Assembly (NCBI GenBank): GCA_051942205.1 | Contig: JAVECO010000109.1 | Location: forward strand, 59,511 to 79,510 | Length of the DNA: 20,000 nt | Reading direction: 5' to 3' | Origin: Coniocarpon cinnabarinum | Taxonomy: Eukaryota | Shown: positions 1 to 10,054 of the stretch, piece after piece | Position numbering within the stretch: position 1 is the stretch's first letter | Layout: each line of letters starts with the position of its first letter | Notes under the pieces: generated by a model | The model's database searches: none | Told to the model about the DNA's origin: nothing | Seen by the model: only the letters and a program-made list of their open reading frames with translations | Made by a program: the position numbers and the translations under genes

Positions 1-292
1 TGGTAAGGTGGAGCAGGTCTTGGACCGCATCGGTTAGATCGGTCCGGATCGCATCGTACTCGTTATTTGCTGGGATTTGAGGAGAGTTTGGCGTAAAATT
101 CGGCTCCTCGTGGCCGTTTCGCTCGAGGTAGTCAACCAACTTCTCGGACTGCTTGAGAGCTTCGCGAGCTTTGGATAGGATTAACGACTGTTCTTCGGTA
201 ACGATTTATCAGTCTCATCTGGCGTCTGGTGATAACGAAACAATTTCCCTCCTTACCTGACCCTTTATGCTCTGATCCTTTCTGACCGTCAT
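1..292 (-). CDS. Fungal SAM-dependent O-methyltransferase (secondary-metabolite OMT type), 5' part only; continues beyond the left edge
   Basis: Manual translation of the minus strand: exon 1 292..257 (MTVRKDQSIKGQ), intron 256..188 (GTAAGG..ACTGAT..CAG, 69 nt), exon 2 187..<1 (SLILSKAREALKQSEKLVDYLERNGHEEPNFTPNSPQIPANNEYDAIRTDLTDAVQDLLHLT). The pattern 'L..YL...G..EP.F...SP..P....Y...R..L.....DL..L' is typical of the N-terminal dimerisation region of fungal cluster OMTs. A TATAAA lies ~60 nt upstream. The SAM-binding domain is outside the window, so the family call rests on the N-terminus only. Confidence 0.72.
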
Positions 293-349
293 TTCTTGTA
301 AGATCCTGAAGTAGTTTGTCTCAGAGATAGGTGGGGAGGTGATATTAGA

Positions 350-357
350 TTTATAGC
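350..357 (-). promoter_or_regulatory. Putative TATA box (GCTATAAA) of the O-methyltransferase gene
   Basis: GCTATAAA on the minus strand ~60 nt upstream of the ATG at 292; the same octamer sits at a similar distance before the GMC gene. Confidence 0.45.
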
Positions 358-1530
358 AAGCAAGCAAGCAATCAGAAGAAAGCGTGCGATATCTCTTGTC
401 TCGAGGTAAGGATTTCCGGGGCTTCACAAGACTCAATGGCGTTGGAGCTTTAGATGGCAACGAGTTCTGCCTGTATCAATGATAGATGATAAGAGACTGC
501 AAGCTTGCGAGAACGTTGGGGACATAGCACAACTTCAATGCAGGGCTACAGCGACTCAGTATTGATAGAGCATGCTTGCTATCAGCACCAGCTTTCGTGT
601 AGACTGAAGACTGGCGGGGATCATCGGACCAATGCTTCGTCACATAACTGTCATCGTCCTGATACTGCCAATCTCATGTCTGCGAGCGATGATCTGATAG
701 GGTCGGAGATCGTGGGCGTCTACGTCCAGACCTGTGTAGATCTGTGTGGTCACAAAAGCCTGAGTAGTCCCTTCAACGTACAGTAGATGCGGTGGCAAGA
801 CTTTACTCAGACCCTGAATCAAGATTCGCGCTGAGTTCCATGCAGCCGACAAGATGATTTGCGCAAGCATCCATAGAAGGTGCTGCATTGTATGCTTCTT
901 CTCGCAGTCGGAAAGCCATTACTCCGAAACATGATAAGCTGTTGACCGCCACTCGCTTCAATCACGGCGTGTGTCTGCTGCAAGTCGCCTCGCCGCATTG
1001 CTGATCTGAGCAAGAGCGTGCCCTGAAGTATGGCTTGAGGTGACGTTGGGGATGCGGTCTAGCTAGCGCGACATGGAACCAAGGGTGAAGACGGGCACTA
1101 TGGACGTGGCTAAATCCGTCCGTTCCTCTAACTATATCTGTACTAGTGTGGTGCATGCTAGTGCACCAGGCTAAGGGAAAGTTTGATTTACAGATTCAGG
1201 GGAAGCTCCTGCTGCACGTACAAGCATGACAAGCACAGATAAGGTGACACATTCTTGATCCACGTCAGACGTCACTCGCATGCACTTGATTCACCAAAGC
1301 TTGACCCACGAGGCCGATGCCCTTCAGCAGTACGAGCTTGTGATCTCATCTTGTCTGATCTGTCGAACGGACAAAGCTTGCAAGAAGCCATAGCTCTTTC
1401 GCAAGATGAGAACCCTGAGACAGACACATTATTTAGATCATGCAAGCTCATACGAGCCGCCTAACCATGTAGCACTCTGCACCTTCGTAGTCTTCTTTTC
1501 AGCACAAATCAGGAAGCCTTTCTGACCACA

Positions 1531-3288
1531 ATGTCCGCCTTGCTCGAAGAAACGCTCTCTCAGGGCCTTGAGTCCCGCCACACACTGTTGGCGGCGACCT
1601 TGGGGGCTGTTTTCCTCTACTTTCTTTTCACCGTTTCGCACGAGCCAAAGGCTAATAGCAGCTTTCCACACGTAGGCACTGAGCAGGGCACCCTGTTTTT
1701 CAAGGGCATCCGTCAGCGACTCCAATGGTTCAAAAAAGGTCCGAGCCTGATTCATAGCGCATTCAAAGAGCACAAGAATGCCATCTTCACCCTCCCTTCA
1801 CTTGACCGTACCTCTATTGTGCTCCCACCTCGCTTCCTGCAAGAGATCAAGGAACTTCCAAGCAGCATTGGAAACAATTCCCAAGCCACGTCCGATGTGA
1901 GTAACTCTCGACGAGCCTCAATTATGTATACACATACATATGACGCATTGTACGGTCACCTGACAGCGATCCAGTTCTTCATCGGACGATGGACAACACT
2001 AGATTACGATATCTTTGGTCACGCCACTATAGACGCCATCAAAACGCAATATATTACCAAGATTGGCTCGCAAATCGAGCCAGCTTCTAATGAAGCCGCG
2101 TACGCTTTTCACAAGCATTTTGGCACTTACCCTGGTTTGTAGCCTCCGCTGGTTTGCACGGGAGACACTGATTTTTGGAAACACCAGACTGGACCCCTGT
2201 CGCTGTCCAGCCCCGAATTCTGCAGCTCGTCTCGCAGATGGTCGCTCGAACAGTCATAGGATCCGATGTCTGTCGTAACTCTGACTGGACTTCTGCTGTG
2301 ACCGACTATGCTCAGAACATATTTCAGGCTGCTGTGTTCCTAAAATTGCTGCCTGATATCATGCATCCCTTTGCGGCGGTGTTTCTCCCATACTTCTGGC
2401 GCATTCGACGTTGTCGTCGAGCTATTAAGAAGCTTGCAGCGCCCATCATTCACGAAAAGGTCGCCTGGAAGCGCGATGACCCCAAGTCTTGGAAGGCGCA
2501 TCTGAAGGACGACGAGGCCATCGCAGTCGACTGGCTCGTGGAGACGTCCCCACCCCAAGAATCGACCGTCGCCATGATGGCCCATCGTCTGACCGGCGTG
2601 AGCTTCGGCGCTTCTCACACGACTTCCAACACCATCACGAATGCCCTTATGGATCTAGCGAATGACTTCGATCGCTGGGCCCCGCCGTTGCGAGAAGAAA
2701 TCAGCGAAGTTCTCGGGGACCAGCCTGGTGAAATTACCAATGCAGACTTGTCGAAGATGTGGAAACTTGACAGCTTCTTGAAAGAGTCACAGAGGTTCCA
2801 CCCTCCCTCGAAATGTGCGTGCATCCCGATACTGTGAATTTTGAGCTAGTCAGCTAATACGAAATGCGACAGTGTCCGTGAATCGCAAGATGCTGAAGCC
2901 CCACACTTTGTCCACTGGAGAAGTACTCCCTAAAAATGCGCACATCTCATTTGCCGGCGTTCCCATGTCCATGTCCGACGATTACTTCGAATCAGCCGAG
3001 CAATTCGATGGGTTTCGATTTGAACGACTTCGCCGTAATCCTGAGACAAACCACAATGGCCTGCAGTTTACTTCGTCCTACGCCGGAAGCTTGCACTTCG
3101 GCCATGGCAAATATATGTGCCCCGGACGATTCATGGGCAGCCTAATCTCCAAGCTCCTTCTGATTGAGATGCTTCGCCGATATGACCTAAAGTTGATCAA
3201 GGGAGGGCGACCAGAGAGTCTGATGTTCTTTGACATGGATATTCCTGATCCGAAGTACGAGGTTCTATTTCGAGACAGGTCGATGTGA
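1531..3288 (+). CDS. Cytochrome P450 monooxygenase (fungal secondary-metabolite type), ~522 aa, 4 exons
   Basis: Exons 1531-1896, 1975-2134, 2188-2814, 2873-3288 (1569 nt, 523 codons including stop). Introns are GTGAGT..CAG, GTTTGT..CAG and GTGCGT..CAG with CTGAC/CTGAT/CTAAT branch sites. N-terminal membrane anchor (LLAATLGAVFLYFLFTV), I-helix SFGASHTT, ExxR (ESQR), PERF-like region (FDGFRF) and heme signature FGHGKYMCPG (Cys codon 3118-3120). Confidence 0.95.
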
Positions 3289-5250
3289 ACGATATGATCA
3301 CAGTGTTGATGACTTTCTTAGGAACGGCATTTCGAGGACGTCAATGTGTCCATTGAGAAGTATTTGATAGTACATTCGCTTGAACAGATCTGACGATTGG
3401 CGTTTGTGTTTCTTGCCGCACGAGCCCTGCTGTCTTGCTGCAGTTTCGAAAAAGTGCCTTGTCCTGTCTTATCTTTTAAGAACCCGTCACAAGATAAAAC
3501 ATCCACACTGTGTCTTATCTTGACCTTTTTGTTCGTCTCGCTGCAAAAGTTCCGCAAGGCATTTGGGAACCCAGAGTTCTTCTGCCTTTTTTCGTCTTCT
3601 AACGACAGTAGGGGCACAGGTGACTTGCTTATTGTTGACGGGGCCTTATTGATACCTCAGTACCAAGCCTCAACACGATCTCCTGGTACTGTTCAACTGT
3701 CTACAGACTATCTTGGCCAGCTTTATGTCGCTCTGCTGATTCCTTCTAGTGCTGCTGGTGCGTGGCGGTCTAGGTGTACAGCAACCTCCCCTAGATTGAA
3801 ATATAGAGGACTCCATATTTACATCAGTTTTACGTAGTATCATGCTCCGGTACATCCAGACTCTCCGTTTCAAGCTCTGCAGGTGAAACTCAAAGCGTTG
3901 CAATTCGAGTCCACAGCTGGCTGAGACGAAGACGTACACCTGTTCATGAACAGAACTCCTTCTGTGACCGCTCGTTGTAGCTTTGGATCAGTTTCGGGTT
4001 TCCCATCATCCGAGCACAGACATCGACCTCGCTTGTGCTCTCCAGAGACAAGACGCACGTGATCATTCGACACATAATAACAGCCAAGCCGTCTAGCTGT
4101 GCTCTTGCGGCGATTCTCGCTCCAGCAGGGTTCGCTGCTGCAAGCGTTGCCACTCGATCAGCTTCTCAGTATGTTCTTCCAGTGCTGACTCTTGCAAGCT
4201 CGATTGTTCATCCGTTGGCTGGACACCTGACGCCGACGCGCGCCAATCTACTGACTCGCTTGGGGGCGTCATCCTCGAAGCGAGGATTTGGCAAGGTACA
4301 TGGCCCACTTCGTAGGATAATTGACAAGTGGAGTAGCGGACCCGCCCCACAACTTGCTCTTGCAGGTGCCTGCACCGTCTGAAGTGAAGCGGAGCGGCCA
4401 GCATGGGCGAAATCAAGGGATCATCGAGCTTATCGGTCCTTCCGAGGACTCAATGAGAAACAGAGAATGAGGCCACTTGCTCGAAGATCCTCACACGCTG
4501 TAGCCGCATGCGTCAACCCTGATGTGTTGCAGGTCCACATTTGACCCGTCTCAAGCTCGAGTGCTGCTGTGGCCGACTTCGGCAGCTAATCTAGCAATGA
4601 CAACAGCTGGCGTCGGGAAATCTTCCAGAAGAGATCCTTGTCATCGAGATACCCTAGCATCAGAGCATTCCGTCGATGGGATCCACTATTTATGGTTTTC
4701 TAAGAGGCTAGCGTACGCCCCACGACCCGAAACCGGGGGAATGGCTTGCGAACCGAGGTACCCACCGCACTAGCGGTACCCTTGTCTGCGACCAAAACAA
4801 CGACAGGAACTTGCTGATAGCAGCTCATCAAGGGCATCAGCTTTGGACGGAGGCGAGCAACCCGTTCGTGCAATGTCTGAGAGCTTCATGACAAAGTGGA
4901 CGACGCGCGTTGCCCACACGTGTCCACAGAGGTGCTCTGCGCGATCCACTAGGCATAAGATGATCGACAATACACCCTCAGCTCTGGTGTCACACGTCTC
5001 CGCCTACAAACGTCATACCGTACGTACGGCTTTCCGTCTCCGTTGATAGCGGAGATACTGAAACTGTAACTCCGACGCCCAGCTGACGATGGGAAGGTGC
5101 TACCTCTGCGGCAGCTTCCATCTCCGTTCCAAGCGAGGCCAACAAAGACGAGAACAGCAGACGTCCGTCAACGAGCCACCAGCACCGCACTCCTCAGGAC
5201 CGGAAGAAACACGTGAACAACGCTCAGAATCCGCACAAGGAACGTCCGCC

Positions 5251-6189
5251 ATGTCGAACACGCCCGTCTGGTTCATCACCGGTGTCTCCAATGGCATGGG
5301 CCAGCTGCTGGCTCTCCGCGTCCTCAAAGCCGGCCACAGAGTCGTCGGCACCGTCAGAAACCCTCAGCGAGCGGCGGATGCCTCCCACCAGATCACGAGC
5401 GCCGGCGGCAAAGTCATCACGCTCGATCTCGAAGAGCCACGGGAGAGCATCTTCAAAAAGGTGCAAGCTGCTGAGCAGCTCTACGGGCACTTTGATTACC
5501 TCGTGAACAACGCCGCGTATTCTCTTCTGGGACCCCTCGAGAGCTTCAGGTACGTAGCTGGGAGAGCTGATGATCCCACGTGGACGATGACAGCCACTGC
5601 TGACCACGGACTCCGCAGCCAAGCGGAAATCGAAAAGCAGTTCCAAGCCAACGTCTACGGCCCTCTCTTCGTCACCCAAGCCGCGCTCCCCACCATGCGG
5701 AAGCGGCGCTCCGGCCTCATCGTCAACTTCTCCTCGGTCGCTGGCCAAAACACCAACCCCGGCATTGGCGCCTATGGCGCCACCAAAGCCGCCCTGGAAG
5801 CCATGTCGGAAGCGCTCTCGAAGGAGCTCGTCGACTTCGGCATCCACGTCCTCATCGTCGAGCCAGGCATCTTCCGCACCAACTTCTTCGGCGCGATCCA
5901 GACGCCGGCGTCCGGCATCCCGGAATCGTACAATGGCACGCCCGCCGAGAAGGCCGTCGCGCACATGCAGCAGATGAGCGGCAAGCAGCCGGGCGACCCG
6001 GCCAAGGCGGTCGAGAAGATCTACGAGATCATCAGTGGGGAGGGCGAGGCGGGGAAACTCAAGGGCAAGGTGTTGCGTTTTGCGGTGGGACAGGATGCAC
6101 TGGACAGGATCGATGGGAAGATGAAGAAGTTCTCGGAGGATATGGCCACTTCGCAGGCTTCGGAGAAGCATATGAGCACTGCGATTTAG
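5251..6189 (+). CDS. Classical NAD(P)-dependent short-chain dehydrogenase/reductase, ~289 aa, 2 exons
   Basis: ATG at 5251 in GCC-ATG context. Exons 5251-5549 and 5619-6189; intron GTACGT..GCTGAC..CAG (69 nt, in frame). Motifs: WFITGVSNGMG (TGxxxGxG), LVNNAAY, NFSS (catalytic Ser), YGATK (YxxxK), VEPGIFRT. Confidence 0.93.
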   Translation: MSNTPVWFITGVSNGMGQLLALRVLKAGHRVVGTVRNPQRAADASHQITSAGGKVITLDLEEPRESIFKKVQAAEQLYGHFDYLVNNAAYSLLGPLESFRYVAGRADDPTWTMTATADHGLRSQAEIEKQFQANVYGPLFVTQAALPTMRKRRSGLIVNFSSVAGQNTNPGIGAYGATKAALEAMSEALSKELVDFGIHVLIVEPGIFRTNFFGAIQTPASGIPESYNGTPAEKAVAHMQQMSGKQPGDPAKAVEKIYEIISGEGEAGKLKGKVLRFAVGQDALDRIDGKMKKFSEDMATSQASEKHMSTAI

Positions 6190-6627
6190 ACATGCATGAG
6201 TCCCGCTGCTCCATCGCTCGTTGATGTTAATGCAGATACGATCAGTGGACCTCTTTCATGATGCCATGTCTTCTCTACTCGCAAGTTTGAGAGTCGTCGT
6301 ATACGCGTGCATGCTGCGTCTTTGACCTGGGCTCTCGCTTCTACCGCAAAGTCATCGTCTTCAATGCAGGCGGAAATCCAGATTTGTCGTTTCATGAATG
6401 GTCATTAACACTGGAAGACCAGTTAGCCTACTCGTGTGCTCAATTCAGAGGAACTCATGTCATTGGGGTCAATCGCCTCGCAATCATACAAGTCATTCTT
6501 GGATTTCTTTGCATTGGATAATGATGCACTTGTATATACAAATTATCAAATGTAATGTCATATGATACAGTATACGTCCAAGGGTGGCAACGCACTTGTA
6601 TCGTCCACTTGAATTCCACAGCCTCTC

Positions 6628-8608
6628 TCAAGGATGACCAGTGATGTCGGAAGCGATCTTCTCCGCCAAAGCGTCTGCGAACCTGTCAGCACAAGATTAC
6701 GAAGCACAAAGAGTAGCGAACGAGGCCCACGAGGACTCACAAATGGTCGCCATCGGATGTCCTGGTGGCAGAAGGGGGAAAGCAGAAGCATCCACGACCC
6801 GAAGCCCCTCAACGCCATACACTCTAGCCCGCGCGTCAACGACAGCCATCGGGTCATCGCCGCGTCCCATCGAACAGGTGCAAGCGCCATGAAATATAGT
6901 GAGGAAGCTTTCCTTGACGATCCTCTCGATGTCCGCGTCGCTGGATACCTGCAGCCCAGGGAACGCCTCTTCGTCATCCGCCCTGAACGCCGTCATGTTG
7001 GGCGACGTCCAGAATTGGCGTATGCGCTTGTACGACGCGATTGCCACTTCGACGTCGACGGGGTCGGAGAAGTAATTGGGATTGATCGCCGGTGGGACCG
7101 CGTTGTCGGCCGATGTGATGGAGATGTTGCCGCGGGAACGGGGCGCGACGAGCGCTGCCCCCATGGTCGCATACTGGGACCCATCGCGAGGGTCGTTGCC
7201 GCCCGACTGGTTCTGGTATCCCAGGTAGGCGCTGATGGCCAGTAATTCGATCTCCGGCCAGTCCGGGGGGTACTGCCCCAAAGTATCGCGAGCGTTCTGA
7301 GAAAGCGTGCTTCGGAGCGGCTCTGGGATCTTCTCCCATCCGAGCACATCGTTGCCGGGATTGGTCAGCACACCTTCTGCGCGTTGCTGGTACTGCTGAG
7401 TGGCCTCCGCCACAAAGTCCGGATCGGAAATCGATGAGATCGTGGTCCCTTTGACTCGGTATGCGGGACCGTAGTAGACGTGATCCTGCATGTTTTGGCC
7501 AACGCCCGGCCGATCCGCAAGCACTGGAACGCCCAGACTAGTCAATGTAGATGCCGGACCAATACCCGAGACCATGAGAAGCTGAGGTGAGCCAAACACG
7601 CCAGAGGAGACGATGACCTCCTTCGCCGCACCAAGGTGGTAGGGAGAACCCAAAGTGTCGACGTCAACACCTGTGGCCTTCTTGTCGGAGTCAAAAGTAA
7701 CCCTCTTGGCCATGGTCATTGGAAAGACGGTATAGTTTGGTAGGTCTAAAGCCGAACGCAAAAAGGATGTTTCTGACGAGTCTCGTGTCATGGTCTTCGC
7801 ATCTATAGTAGACATGACGTAAGATTGGCCAATGAGTGAGCCGCTCTCGAAGCCCGGAATGGGTGGGATCCCCATCGCCTGGAGGCCGATGGTGGACCAC
7901 GATGCGAACTGGTAGGCGTAATTTGAATATGCGATGGAGAGGGGCCCACTGCAATTGCCCATGACAGAAGCGTCATAGAGGGGCGTCGAATTCGCATAGC
8001 GAGCATCCATGTTGGGTGGCGTGAAACATATGCCGTCGGTGAAGTAGGGTAACAGATTCTCGAACTGGTAGCTCTGATCTCCGACCATGTCTGCCCACAT
8101 TTGGTACGAATCGTTCGTGCCGCGTTGGTAGATCATGTAATTCCGCGCCGACGAGCCACCAAGGCATCTACCACGTGCGTAATGCATCTCAACATCGTAC
8201 GCGCTCTGAGGGAGTGATTAGCCCATTTGGCCATAAGCGCACAGAATTTATGCCGGCATCGCTCGTTGGCCATACCGTTTGAGGCGTCGTGACATAGCCC
8301 CAGTCGACCAGCGGCTGCCAGTCGTTGGGGTTCTTCGAGATGTAGTACTCGTCGTACAGCGGTATCTGACTTGAATTCCCATTGCCTATTTCATAGAAAG
8401 AGCCTGCTTCTATGACAGCAACGCTGCCGGCCTGCTGTTGAGCCAGGCGTGTCGCGATGGTAAGTCCAGCGTTTCCGCCGCCGACAATGACGTAGTCGTA
8501 CGTCGCATTGCTCCGGGGGATTCCAAACGATGACCCTAAAGGTCGAATCGCGACAGTAAAAGTCGAAAATCCAGCAAAGGCGAGCGCAATGGTGGATCGC
8601 AATTGCAT
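6628..8608 (-). CDS. GMC (glucose-methanol-choline) FAD oxidoreductase, AA3-type, resembling PatE/versicolorin B synthase; predicted secreted; ~614 aa, 3 exons
   Basis: Exons 8608-8276, 8205-6741, 6674-6628 (1845 nt). Introns GTATGG..CTAAT..CAG (70 nt) and GTGAGT..GCTGAC..CAG (66 nt). Signal-peptide-like N-terminus MQLRSTIALAFAGFSTFTVA, FAD motif YDYVIVGGGNAG..VIEAG, RGRCLGGSSARNYM, SPQLLMVSGIGP, GVGQNMQDH, active-site His pair (TIFHGACTC and PPGHP), and spliced C-terminus YALAEKIA. Confidence 0.93.
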
Positions 8609-8669
8609 CGTGAAGGTGCGCTTGGGCTTGCGACTGCAAGCCACAACCTCTCCATCGTTGGCGGCTCTC

Positions 8670-8678
8670 TTTTATAGC
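8670..8678 (-). promoter_or_regulatory. Putative TATA box (GCTATAAAA) of the GMC gene
   Basis: Consensus TATAAAA on the minus strand ~62 nt upstream of the ATG at 8608. Confidence 0.5.
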
Positions 8679-10054
8679 TGTGCTCGTCGCTTACTCATGA
8701 TGTTTCTGGCTGTGACCCGAATGTCTGAGTCGTTCTCTAGTCGCAGTCTGCGTCATCAGCGGGAAGGATTTGAGAACGGCTGAGCCGCCCTATAATCACA
8801 ACTCGCGTCGTCATAACGGCGGCGAGGGCGGCCGGAGTATAACTTATCCAATGATCATCCTTCGTAGCAGCTTCTGAAGCGCTGTTAGATACGAGCAAAG
8901 CTGCACATTTTCTAGAGATGTGTTCGTAAGGATACCGCGACCTAACCAGACAAACAGTGCAGCTGCAGCACCATTTGACACAACAACATCACGTGCCGAA
9001 GCAATCTTTGAGATTGGGCATGTGAAGATCATGGTCTGGCTCGATGACTCTGTTGGTAGTGTCGACATATGCCAATCTTCAACCGAGGAAGTCTGACTCT
9101 TTCACCGGAATTGTATCATGGAGCGTGCGAATGGCGTTGTTGACGACGCATTCAGAGCACATCGACATGTGCGAGGAATTCGCTAGCGATTGGTTGAATG
9201 CGGTGTCGATCAATTGATAGGGGGCCACGTCGAGAGTCCCGATAGGTCCGATGACCGAATTCAGCATATCGGCGGAAATACTTTCATCTTCCACTCATGA
9301 CTCGTCCGACGAACTAGAGTCGAGTGATCTGCGTATGGAGCTCTGCCCGCTGAAGTACGGCACAGCGGCATGACAGGAGTGCTAATGCAACTTAAAATAG
9401 TCCAAGCAATGGTCCGCGACATCGGTCATTAGTGCTAACTTGGTCATACCAGGTGGGCAAGAGGTGTGTCCGAGTCGACAGCGAGGCAGCCAGGCGACAA
9501 CAAGGTATGCGACGCGATGCGCACCACAATGCTGCTACGCGGAGCACCAGCACATCATGCACGTGATACTGCCCCAGAGCAGCCTGCTTTCGTAGTTGCC
9601 TCAGCTCGACTTGCACGCTTGGGGATTGCATCCGCTGTAATGACGAAGGCATGGCACAGGTCCTTGAGGATCACGCTCCAAGCTGTATACAGTGAGCTCT
9701 CCAGGTTGATGGACATCAAGTATTTCCAGTTGAGCCATTCACCGCTGGAGATCGAAGCTGCATCAGAATTGCTGATGCGGCGCTCCCGTCTGTTTGCAAA
9801 TCATGCAATATGACAGCAGGTGGTGGAGAGGTTTGGTTCCTCCAGCGAATTAGACGTGAGATGCCCTAATCAGTAAGCGTGTCATCTTCGCACTGGCTTT
9901 GTCAATCTCGCTGTGGCGACGGTGTATCATTGCTACGGCTATAGTGTCGAATTGATCCCCGAGGAGTATAAGACGTCTTGCGATTTTTGACCCATAGCTG
10001 TCATGGCAGCGAATCTTGCACTTGACTTTGACTCCCCTTGCCCAACCGCCCAGC

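Noticed and set aside
356..371. (GCAA)4 microsatellite next to the OMT TATA box
   Set aside because: Short simple repeat, common by chance, with no evidence of function.
215..460. 81-aa minus-strand ORF
   Set aside because: Only 292..257 is credible coding sequence (OMT exon 1); the rest is promoter/5' UTR and intron read-through.
505..1464. Several 64-93 aa ORFs between OMT and P450
   Set aside because: No recognisable motifs or codon bias; they lie within a divergent promoter region.
3940..3953. Perfect 14-bp palindrome CTGTTCATGAACAG
   Set aside because: About one such palindrome is expected by chance in 20 kb (20000/4^7), and there is no supporting context.
5089..5250. 54-aa N-terminal extension of the SDR in the ORF track
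   Set aside because: Low-complexity and non-SDR-like; the ATG at 5251 has good context and directly precedes the Rossmann motif.
5224..6171. 315-aa antisense ORF over the SDR
   Set aside because: Shadow frame caused by high GC3 codon usage of the sense gene; no protein motifs.
6634..7349. Overlapping 118-203 aa ORFs in alternative frames of the GMC gene
   Set aside because: Shadow ORFs in a GC-rich coding region.
8784..8832. 8-bp inverted repeat GCCGCCCT..AGGGCGGC with CGG triplets in the GMC/PKS promoter
   Set aside because: Short GC-rich arms with a long spacer and no matching copy seen in other cluster promoters; too weak to call.
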